From assembly GCA_964016885.1 (NCBI GenBank), contig OZ024747.1, positions 70,494,001-70,558,000 on the forward strand: DNA of 64,000 nt. The letters are read 5' to 3'. This DNA is from Eledone cirrhosa. Its lineage: Eukaryota. This document shows positions 53,101 to 62,550 of the stretch, in pieces. The position numbers and the translations under genes were made by a program. The notes under the pieces are model-generated. The model was not told the DNA's origin and did not search any database. It worked only from the letters and a program-made list of their open reading frames with translations. How positions within the stretch are numbered: position 1 is the stretch's first letter; every line of letters starts with the position of its first letter.

Positions 53101-53539
53101 TGGAGGTGCCGTCAGCCGGGCATGTCCGAGATGCACGCAGGGCGACGAAACCGTCCTGCACGCACTCGTCCAGTGTCCGAACATTGCTGACTTGTGGGTT
53201 TATGTCGAACACCTGCTGTCACGTGTAGGACGGATCCGGCTATCAGCTGAGTCCATCGTGAGGATTGCCCCGCCCCCTTCCTTTAGCCTGGAAGGGCAGG
53301 CAGTTTGTATCTGTCTGGTGGCCATGGCGAAAGAGATAGTATGGTGGACACGTTTGAAAGGGCTGAAGACGAGCACTTACCTCTTCGGTGATGCCCTGAT
53401 TAACTTTTTCAAATTTCATTTGAAAAGGAAAATCAGGGTAGAGAGGGAAGTGCTCTCTTCCCAGCATTTTGTTGAAAGATGGGTGAGAGAAGCAAGAATG
53501 GCCCGAGTGAATGGGCCGACTCTGAGTATATATCTGTAA
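50117..53539 (+). CDS. LINE ORF2: AP endonuclease, reverse transcriptase and C-terminal Cys-rich domain (1140 aa)
   Basis: APE motifs SINARG, ISETR, VYAP, GDWN, YLDRVF, YTDH; GPGYWKLN linker; RT motifs KSPGLDGLP.E.Y, FRPITLLN, DQSKAFDRV, YADD; L1/Tx1-type LSLKGRA and GGLG.P; CPRC...ETVLHALVQC. Confidence 0.96.
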   Translation: MTSLRIGSINARGLGSSWKQGHLLNDLRSLNIDVVAISETRIFEAQAFAPIFGGYDVYASPSRPGSGGGVAVLFRRGLDLAIRAIFLVPEGKLVVLDVTSGDGQAFRLVAVYAPTGAGRPDFFRRLETFLGTSRSLVLVGDWNGILDARWDCVGLVDREGGCKSLTNLLRRFELSDRYRMDFPNVPMWTWTNRIGSSRSYLDRVFCREIDRSSIGCPQFKIVSYTDHKFVICVLDLDRLHRRGPGYWKLNASLPARKAYRDRISELVKRALTGAIVNNKWWFALKRAIRIESIRFSKTLSIEKNRAEGELVRKLDEALSKGIATDVLAAKLALDQFFNAKHEGGCVVRARVRALRHEGTKAVQWARVAEARRGNKATIRSLVDHDGRMLLDPGQMCEAFQPHFAQLFGGSGGPDRGMDFSVYLDGLPRLSATEAECCEKPITTAEVRDAMTSCRRGKSPGLDGLPYELYVQMPNLFGGLLADVYCNWQQNGRIPSSVSPGAVALLRKDPNKGDNIDNFRPITLLNTEFKILAKVLAKRLALVVGGLVGEAQTCAIPDRSIHDNLHLMRYIVERVAREPGTGGSLINLDQSKAFDRVDHRYLTAVLRAAGFGPVFRGWIAAMHSDICSVVRVNGHLSEPFNIMRSVRKACPLSSLLYVLTLEPLLHKLETLRGVPRELGCGRSVSAYADDVTVVVSNAKHIEAIGTTLREYEAVTGAMINQEKSVGLQLGTWRGRSMPSNSVVGRWMDGPVKLLGSGSVRTSRRTKNWDEVTSRVASLTQKWAERKLSLKGRAEVANAYIASVIYYRLTVVPCPKPRLTALERLLFRFLWKGRAPMVRRSICCQHPLRGGLGMPWLMMRRHALRLRHLHLFLDGDQVWSPFARHVFPQLVSLTELQSWVKRRPRGSAWRLECLQALTALDQSGNVIGGNSTLAFYRGLVEGKSDDVLGETLGVDENQLANLFGRTFGPGLMDNFQKSLAWQCYRGALPVRDKLYRHGGAVSRACPRCTQGDETVLHALVQCPNIADLWVYVEHLLSRVGRIRLSAESIVRIAPPPSFSLEGQAVCICLVAMAKEIVWWTRLKGLKTSTYLFGDALINFFKFHLKRKIRVEREVLSSQHFVERWVREARMARVNGPTLSIYL

Positions 53540-53857
53540 ACTAAAGGTGGAAAACTGGGAGAGGGCACTTGCCTTGGTGGTCAGGGTCATTGTGGCTTTT
53601 TACTGGGCTTTCTCCACAAATGTCCCTCCGAAGTCTCCCTCCTATTGGGGAATTTTTCATTTTTATTTTTTGTTACATCCTCTGTTTTTGTTTTTTACAC
53701 GCAGAAATGCCCATTTGTACCGTCCTGCATTGTCCTGCACTGTCCTTAATGTCTACTTTATGTAAACCCTTGTGGTTAATAAAGAAATCATTATTATTCA
53801 TGTTATTATTCGTGTTATTATTATTATAATTATTATTATTATTATTATTGTTGTTAT

Positions 53858-56627
53858 TCCTTGAATCTCAGTCATTGATGTTGGTTAACTGGAAAATCCG
53901 TTGGAATGAATATCAAGCCACTACCTGCAGCCTCAGATATTCAGGACGTATCGGAGGGTTCTTGCTGTTCCAAGCAAGCATGCCTTTTGAAGCGTTCCAA
54001 AAAGCGTGAAAGGGCCGATTTTCTTTAACCATCCCTGGAAACTTTTGGAGATAGTCCCCAGTGCGTTTATGACAATCGGGATCACTTTGACTTCATGGCA
54101 GTTCCAAATCCTTTTCACCTCCCACTTTAGGTCCTGGTATCGGTTAATTTTCTCCCTCTCCTTCTCTTGCACTCTCGTGTCGAAAGGGCGGGCCACATCC
54201 ACAATCAGACACGATCTTTTTTCTTTGTCCACAACCACCAGGTCAGGTCTATTGTGTTCCAGTTTTTTGTCCGTCTGTATCCTAAAATCCCACAGCACCT
54301 TCACCTGATTGTTCTCCATTACCGCCTCTGGCCTATGCTCATACCATTTCTCAGAATGTGGTAAATTGTTTACTTTGCACAGGTGCCAGTGGATCACCCT
54401 GCCCATCACATCGTGTCTCCAGCCCTTATAGTGGGTCTGGGCTAGGTGTTTACACTCGGACACAATGTGAGCCACAGTCTCCTCTCTCTCTCCACAGATC
54501 CTGCACAGTGGGCTAGCCTCCTCCTTGTAAATATGGTGCTTCAACCACTTCGTTTTGAGGGCCTGCTCCTGCGCAGCCATTAGCATTCCTTCTGTAGCCT
54601 TTTTGAGGTCTCCTCTTCTCAACCAGTTCCATGTCTGTGGATCTCTAAATTCAGTTTTCTCAAAGAAGGTACTATGAAGGGATTTTCCCTTAAGGCTGCT
54701 CTTCCTCCTTGATGTTATTTCCTCCTTGGACATCCCCTGGCCTACTGTCCCCTCCTTCAGTACAGTTCTGAGCATTGGCTCCTTACTATAGGTCACGTAT
54801 TTGTATAGGTTGTTTTTCTCCATCTGAACACAGTCCTCTATGCTGATAAGACCTCTTCCACCCTCAGATCTCCTTAGGTAGAGTCTATCGACGTCACTCC
54901 TCTTGTGGAACATGTTGTAGATAGTCAATAGCTTCCTAGTCTTCCTATCCATTTCTTTTTGTTCAGCAACATTCCATCTCAGAATTCCCGCACTGTACCT
55001 AATAATAGACACAGCTCGGGAATTTACTGCGCTTATGGCATTTCTGCTGTTCAGATGTGACTTCAATACGCTCCTTACTCTCCTTCATTTTTTTGTTCTT
55101 TATGCCATCAGCCTCCAGAACGCCCAAATACTTGTATCCTTCCTCAGAGTCAATTTCCTTTATCATCTCACCTGTTGGTATCTGGATCCCGTTACTTCTG
55201 CTCAACCTACCCCTCCTCATCACAATGACTCCATATTTACTAATACCAAACTGCATACATATATCACTGCTGAAAATACGGACAGTGTCAACAAGCACAT
55301 CCAACTCCTTCTCACTTTTCCCGAAGAGCTTAAGATCGTCCATGAAGAGGAGGTGATTGATGGTAAGCACTCCCTTTCCCAACTTGTATCCTGCTCTCAC
55401 TTTTCGCAGCATAATGGTCAAGGGCATCAGGGCAAGGACAAACAACAGAGGGGACAGGCTATCTCCCTGGAAGAAACCTCTATTGATCTTCACGCTTCCC
55501 AAGGATACTCCAGTTGATGTCAACTCTGTCTCCCAGGACCCCATACTCCTGCCCAGCAACTGTCTGATGTTATCTGCCACCCTGAAGATCTCCAGGCTTT
55601 TGGTGATCCAAGAATGAGGCACCATGTCAAATGCCTTTCTGTAGTCTATCCATCCCATGGCAAGATCAGTGTGTCTCCTCCTGCAATTCCCCATTATCAT
55701 CTTATCAATAAGTAACTGGTCCTTTGTACCACGTGACTTCTTTCGGCATCCTTTCTGTTCGTCCGGCAACAAGTTGTTTGTGTGGAGGTGATGGTAGATT
55801 TCCTCAGACACAATGCTCGTCAACAGTTTCCACATTACGGACAGACATGTGATAGGTCTATAGTTGGTAACATCATTACCCTTGATTCGGTCTTTCATTA
55901 TCAGAACTGTGGTACCTTTTGTCAACCACTCTGGCACCTCACCCGACACCAAGCAGTCATTGAACATGGCCGTCAGCTTCGGGTGGAGGGATGTTAAATT
56001 TTTAATCCAATACCCCTGCACACCATCTGGGCCTGGTGATTTCCAGTTGGTTAGTTTTTTGGCCTGCCCCTTAAGAGTTTCAACTGTGATACTCAAATCA
56101 GTTTGTTGGTGTGCCTGCTCACCGATCTCCCTCTGTACTGTCTCAATCCACCCTGCCTGGAGATTATGTCTAACATCCTGCTCCCATATTCCTCTCCAGA
56201 ATGTTTTAGTTTGCTCCGCCCCAGGGATCAAGTCGTTGCCTCTTTCTTTCCCCTCAAGCTGTCCAAACAGCATCTTCTGGTTGTTGTCGAACATGCGGTT
56301 CTGTTTATACTGACTGACTCTGTTCTCGTATCGCCTGATTGTTGCACTCTTTGCTACAATGCGTTGCTTCAGTTCCTCTATGATAATATTTAGCTTTTTC
56401 CTCCTAGTTTTGTACTTTATTTCCAGTCTATTTTTAGTGCCTATGTTTTTTAGTGTCCCATTCAGTAGTGACTCAAGCTTTCCTATGTCATTTCTCATTT
56501 CCCCGATTTGACCACTCAGTCGTTTCTTCCACCACGGCTCTGCTCTTTCTTGTCTGTCGTTTCCTCTCGCTTTTATACCAAGTAGTTTCCTCACCGTATT
56601 TGCTGTTGCTTTGAGGATATTGTTGCA

Positions 56628-56628
<1 letters not shown>
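53858..56628 (-). mobile_element. Dong/R4-clade family B, 5'-truncated (~2.8 kb), frameshifted
   Basis: ORF 54999-56630 (KSPGPDG, NYRPITCL, IDYRKAFD, QGDSLSP, FMDD) and ORF 53933-55066 (CRIC...H...C, HNRPDLVV...IVDV). Clearly diverged from family A. (ATT)n on both sides. Confidence 0.95.
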
Positions 56629-56660
<32 letters not shown>

Positions 56661-56662
<2 letters not shown>

Positions 56663-57649
56663 TCCTTGACGGAGCTGCAGTCCTGGGTCAAGCGAAGACC
56701 GAGAGGGAGCGCTTGGAGACTGGAATGTCTTCAGGCGCTCACAGCCCTCGACCAATCGGGCAATGTGATCGGTGGAAACTCCACCTTGGCGTTCTATAGG
56801 GGATTAGTGGAGGGGAAGAGCGACGACGTACTTGGAGAAACTCTAGGCGTCGACGAAAATCAACTAGCCAATCTCTTCGGAAGGACTTTCGGGCCGGGGC
56901 CTATGGACAACTTCCAGAAATCCCTGGCCTGGCAGTGCTACCGAGGAGCTTTGCCAGTTCGGGATAAACTCTACAGGCATGGAGGTGCCGTCAGCCGGGC
57001 ATGTCCGAGATGCACGCAGGGCGACGAAACCGTCCTGCACGCACTCGTCCAGTGTCCGAACATTGCTGACTTGTGTGTTTATGTCGAACACCTGCTGTCA
57101 CGTGTAGGACGGATCCGGCTATCAGCTGAGTCCATCGAGAGGATTGCCCCGCCCCCTTCCTTTAGCCTGGAAGGGCAGGCAGTTTTTATCTGTCTGGTGG
57201 CCATGGCGAAAGAGATAGTATGGTGGACACGTTTGAAAGGGCTGAAGACGAGCACTTACCTCTTCGGTGATGCCCTGATTAACTTTTTCAAATTTCATTT
57301 GAAAAGGAAAATCAGGGTAGAGAGGGAAGTGCTCTCTTCCCAGCATTTTGTTGAAAGATGGGTGAGAGAAGCAAGTATGGCCCGAATGAATGGGCCTTCT
57401 CTGAGTATGTGTCTGTAAAATTAAAGGTGGAAAACTGGGAGAGGGCACTTGCCCTGGTGGTCAGGGCCACTGTGGTCTTTTAATGGGCTTTCTCCACAAA
57501 TGTCCCTTGGAAGTCTCCCCCCTATTGGGGAATTTTTCTTTGTTATTTTATTTCAACCTCTGTTTTTTTACACGCAGAAATGCCCATTTGTACCGTCCTG
57601 TATTGTCCTGTACTGTCCTTAATGTCTACTTTATGTGAACCCTTGTGGT
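56661..57649 (+). mobile_element. Tx1-clade LINE copy 2, 5'-truncated, missing its last ~13 nt
   Basis: Matches 52782 onward (TELQSWVKRRPRG...). Its 3' UTR is visibly more diverged from copy 1 than copy 3's is. Preceded by (ATT)n at 56629-56661. Confidence 0.95.
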
Positions 57650-58128
57650 GGCCATGGCGAAAGAGATAGTATGGTGGACACGTTTGAAAGGGCTGAAGAC
57701 GAGCACTTACCTCTTCGGTGATGCTCTGATTGACTTTTTCAAATTTCATTTGAAAAGGAAAATCAGAGTAGAGAAGGAAGTGCTCTCTTCCAGCATTTTG
57801 TTGAAAGATGGGTGAGAGAAGCAAGAATGGCCCGAGTGAATGGGCCGACTCTGAGTATATATCTGTAAACTAAAGGTGGAAAACTGGGAGAGGGCACTTG
57901 CCTTGGTGGTCAGGGTCATTGTGGCTTTTTACTGGGCTTTCTCCACAAATGTCCCTCCGAAGTCTCCCCCCTATTGGGGAATTTTTCATTGTTATTTTCA
58001 TTGTTATTTTTGTTACATCCTCTGTTTTTGTTTTTTTACACGCAGAAATGCCCATTTGTACCGTCCTGCATTGTCCTGCACTGTCCTTAATGTCTACTTT
58101 ATGTAAACCCTTGTGGTTAATAAAGAAA

Positions 58129-58130
<2 letters not shown>
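57646..58130 (+). mobile_element. Tx1-clade LINE copy 3, 5'-truncated, with a complete 3' end
   Basis: Matches 53316-53789 and ends TAATAAAGAAATC followed by (ATT)n, exactly as copy 1 does. Confidence 0.95.
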
Positions 58131-58190
<60 letters not shown>

Positions 58191-58331
58191 TATTATTATA
58201 TATTATTATTATTATAATATATATATATTATTATATATATTATTATATATATTATTATATATATTATTATATATATTATATATATTATATATATTATTAT
58301 TATTGTTATTATATATAATATATATATATAT
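58131..58331. repeat. (ATT)n tract grading into mixed (ATT)/(TA) low-complexity sequence
   Basis: Directly visible. Confidence 0.95.
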
Positions 58332-58332
58332 A

Positions 58333-58539
58333 GGGCGGTGAATTGGCAAGTATCGGTAGAGGGTTGGACGCCATGCTTTCTAGCATAGTTACGTCCCTTT
58401 ACAGTCTGAGTTCAAATCGCCCGCCGAAGGTTAACTTTGCCTTTCATCCTTACGGGGTCGATAAAATAAAGTACCAGTAATGTACTGGATAATTGCTGGC
58501 CTTGTGCCTAAAGTAGAAACAATTATTATTATTATTATA

Positions 58540-58540
<1 letters not shown>
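58333..58540 (+). mobile_element. Full-length tRNA-derived SINE with an (ATT)n tail
   Basis: GGCGGTGAATTGGCAAGTATCGG (A-box-like), TGAGTTCAAATC (B box), body TTTGCCTTTCATCCTTACGGGGTCGATAAAATAAAGTACCAG, and 3' end GGCCTTGTGCCTAAAGTAGAAACA(ATT)n. Several homologues occur in the window. Confidence 0.9.
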
Positions 58541-58575
<35 letters not shown>

Positions 58576-58578
<3 letters not shown>

Positions 58579-58689
58579 AAAAAATGGGGAGAAGAATACT
58601 GCAGGTTGCACATGGATAACATGTTATAAAATGAATCCCTCATCAGTGATTTGCCAACGATCATAGATATTTCATTGCATTAAAAATCA
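58576..58689 (-). repeat. Homologue of the 38430-39190 repeat, cut by the gap
   Basis: The reverse complement TGATTTTTAATGCAATGAAATA...GTTGGCAAATCACTGATGAGGGA...ATGTGCAACCTGCAGTATTCTTCT aligns with 39069-39175. Confidence 0.8.
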
Positions 58690-58889
58690 NNNNNNNNNNN
58701 NNNNNNNNNNNNNNNNNNNNNNNNNNNNNNNNNNNNNNNNNNNNNNNNNNNNNNNNNNNNNNNNNNNNNNNNNNNNNNNNNNNNNNNNNNNNNNNNNNNN
58801 NNNNNNNNNNNNNNNNNNNNNNNNNNNNNNNNNNNNNNNNNNNNNNNNNNNNNNNNNNNNNNNNNNNNNNNNNNNNNNNNNNNNNNNNN
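58690..58889. other. Assembly gap (200 N)
   Basis: A run of exactly 200 N, typical of a fixed-size scaffolding spacer. Confidence 0.99.
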
Positions 58890-59179
58890 TTGCTCATAAA
58901 ATCTGTTCAGTGATTCTTTCCTGAAATATTCTAACCACATCACCATAATATTAGAGATGTGATCTCTCAATTCAGAGAAGTAGTGGTTCTACCTGGAGCG
59001 ACTCTCTGATTTACAAGATACACACTCTATTCAAGTAACATTATTCGGTCACTTGTATTTGCGATTGTATTCTTTCATTCATTACTCAAGATTCATGTAA
59101 AATGTGTCTAATTTAATATTATTTTTGTTCTTTTTTAGGACATGCTTGTTTGCATGGAGCTTTTAAATAATGTGACTAC

Positions 59180-59356
59180 TTTTTTGGCACAGAGCCCAGC
59201 AATTACTCAGTGCATTACTGGTACTTTATTTTATCAACCCCGTAAGGATGAAAGGCAAAGTTAACCTCGCGGGATTTGAACTCAGAATGGAAAGGGCCGT
59301 AACTCTATGCATCAAAGCATGGCATCCGACCCTCTCCTGATACTGCCAATCCACCT
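59180..59356 (-). mobile_element. tRNA-derived SINE copy (CpG-decayed)
   Basis: Colinear with 36000-36190. Confidence 0.9.
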
Positions 59357-61039
59357 TTAAATAATGGTGATTAATTTATGAATTTCTGTTAACTGAAAGA
59401 GCAATGTGTACTGTAGAAATCTTCAGTATTTTTTGTCTTTTGTTCAGATGGTAGGAAGAGCACTTTATATTTTGTCTTCTAAATCTCACTGGTTTTACTG
59501 GCAATTTATTTTGTCACTAACTTCTTGCTGTGCCATCATTAACAAGGTTCCCCACAACACAGGGGAACTTGAGGTGGCCTGTGTGACTTGGAACCAGCTC
59601 AGTCTTTGCCCTGTTGACATCCATTCCCCTCATTCATCTGTAGATATCCATTCCTCTTAAAGAAAATCAGATGCCTTCCAATGCAACATGACCTCAGACA
59701 GGACAGTGCACAGCTTGACCAGCACCATCTGGCCTGGTTTTACTTTGCATACCAACTCCACAGCTGTGCCTGGCTTAACACCAAACCCTTGCTCTCAACT
59801 AGTACTCAGCTTAACAGTAACTGTTTGCACATCAGTCTTTCTCTGAGGCTCGACCTCTAGATCTGTGAACCACACAATTTCCACTGTGGATCTAATGTTG
59901 ACTCTTTTGGACTCTTTCCTTTATCTTACCATAAACAATGCTGGCTGCCTACCATATCATGCTACTCTCAACAAGATTATAAAGCATGGCTTGCATGCCA
60001 AAAGTTTTTCTCCCCCAGCTCGAATCAGCTGGCTGAACCAAGAGGATGGCAAAAATCCTGACAGTATAGCAATCTTTCCATTCCATGATGCTACATACTA
60101 TGACACTTTCTCCAGTGACAACCTGCAGCATTTGGTGACTAACCTAGGTTTCACTGCTCATCAAATCAAAGAAGGCAAACTATCAAAATATTAATTTGCT
60201 CTCCAGTGGTTTGTGTCAAGCCTCTAGAAATGGAGACTTGCACCATGGACCACATTCCCTACTCACTACTATCAGGGTAGAGTTGGCTACACACAGGAGT
60301 GACTCTTCCCCACAAGATGGAATGGCAATTCCAATACGTCTCCCTTGCCATCCTGTAGAACAGTGTTTATTTCCATTTTGTTCACTAGGATCACAAGGTG
60401 GCCCTGCATATGTATGGGTTTATCTTCAATTTTCAAATCATAAGTTTTGTCTTTCATTTTTTTAACAATGAGGATGATGATGATTTTCATTGTCCTTATA
60501 TTGGCAGACATTCTTGCCATGACCAATTCCTTGTTTCCTCTGTCTATGCAATCAAAGGCCACGTATACAATGTGTCCTCTTTTAACATGGGCAGGATGTG
60601 TAATTTGAAAATGATTTAGCTACCATTCTAAAAATGGCTGAATAGCCATACAGAGATGTGTTTGGTGACTTGAAGTACATTATTTCTTCCAGCAGGGTGA
60701 ACTTAAGAATAGAGAATCAGTAATTTGTCTAAAAACACATCTCATCTGAATGAATTTATAAGATTTGGAAATATAACACCCCATCAACTAAACTGTTTCA
60801 CTTCAGCTGCAATTTTTTAATTAAATATTATTTCCAATGAAATATATCAAGTCATGGGACAGTAATCCTATCATATGCAGATATATGTGTGTGTTATACT
60901 GTGCATTTTCATATGCACAAATATCACGTGTGATTTCTCTTAGTTGTTTAGAGGGTCTAATTTATTACTGTTATAGTCATGATAGTATATTATATTGAAG
61001 TCTTAAATCTATGTGTATTTGTGTATTAGTGCATATATA

Positions 61040-61071
<32 letters not shown>

Positions 61072-61298
61072 CAAACGTTTATGTGTGTGCATGCCATCAT
61101 CTATATAGATAATTATATATGTAAATACACCTACATATCCATATAAGTTGTAGTGTCCCGTGTCCGCAATAGCATTAATTTCACTAACCTTTATTGATTC
61201 CTTAAATGTGTTCAAAGATATTTCTTCACTCTCAACTACAGTGGTAAATTTATCAGTTTTGTTGATTTTCACATGCATACGCACAACTGCATACACAC

Positions 61299-61346
<48 letters not shown>

Positions 61347-62345
61347 ATATAATATATATTATATACACACATACATACACACACTCATATGTGTGTATAT
61401 ATATATATATATAGATATATAGATATATATACACACACATGCATACATAAAGTGTTTATGGTAGCCATATTGGACTCACGTTTCAGCTTGGTTAACAATA
61501 TGATATAAGAGAGATAGTTAGACAGTGTTGCTAAGGTTAATCAATTGACTTAGATAGAATAAGAGTTCTGATATATCTTGTTACGTGACAATTGCATTAA
61601 TGAGAACTGCAATAAATATCATCAACATCGCCATAAACAATGAAAGATGGTATCAACCAGTAAGGAATTACCAAATCAACAGAACAGTCCAGTTACTTTT
61701 TCCATGAATAAGACTTGAAATTTATTATTTCTGAACTGTTCGCAGCATAAATCTATATAAATTTTCTTTATATTCCATAGAACTTTGACTGTTCACAGCA
61801 TAAATTTCATGTAAATTTTCTACTATTTTAGAACAAGCTGTCAAGAAATTTTATAAGAGCTCTGTATACATTTATAAATATTTTTCTTACAATTTAAAGT
61901 GTCTCATATGTCTTGCTCTTTCTCTGTATGCAACAAATGAAACAAAGCAAGGAGCAAGTAATTATGCTATTGTTTTGCTAATCTTCTGGTTCTATTTATT
62001 TATTCTAATGAAGGTATTTCCATATTCTTCCTTTCTAGTAAGTTAGTAGTTGATATTTTCATACTTTATATAGCAATTCTGCTACAAAAGTTTCTTAGAA
62101 ATCCTCTACAAATGCAGTACTAGATTAGTCTAAATTATACATTTCTTTGTTTTTTCGAACTTTAAGGCATAGTAACAATTGTTATATGCACTATACAATA
62201 TAGAAATATTCTATTAATTCTGGAAGGAATTTCATATTAATTATGCATAATATGCTATAAATTAAACAGTAAAAATGTTGATATTACATATCTCTAATAT
62301 TAGTATGACTGAGCAGTAAATATTAAATGTAAATTATTTTTATAG

Positions 62346-62550
62346 ATTGGGAGAGAAGAGCAACATACATAACACTTTATTTTTTAAGGGCCTCCCAGAC
62401 AGGTCAGAGGAAGAGAGAAATTATTTTCAAACTGAAGATTTGGTGCAAATTCTTACAATAGTGAGAATTCTGCTAAAAGAAGTCAAAAGCCAGGATGTGT
62501 TGTTAAACTTAGGTGATAGATTAAATCATCCACCCCTGGATTACAAATAT
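62346..62550 (+). other. Possible host exon or decayed LINE ORF1 fragment
   Basis: An open frame LGEKSNIHNTLFFKGLPDRSEEERNYFQTEDLV... is preceded by TTATTTTTATAG and followed by GTAATT. The product is not recognised. Confidence 0.2.

Larger units (their letters stand above)
47890..53789 (+). mobile_element. Full-length two-ORF Tx1/L1-clade LINE (~5.9 kb) embedded in (ATT)n
   Basis: 5' UTR of ~210 bp, ORF1, 34-nt spacer, APE-RT ORF2, and a ~250-bp 3' UTR with AATAAA at 53778-53783. It then runs directly into (ATT)n with no poly(A). Confidence 0.95.

Noticed and set aside
48251-57448. Antisense and overlapping ORFs within the LINEs as separate genes
   Set aside because: They are shadow frames of GC-rich or low-complexity LINE coding sequence with no recognisable motifs.
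59865-60619. Short ORFs after the gap as host exons
   Set aside because: No recognisable domain or consistent splice-site chain.
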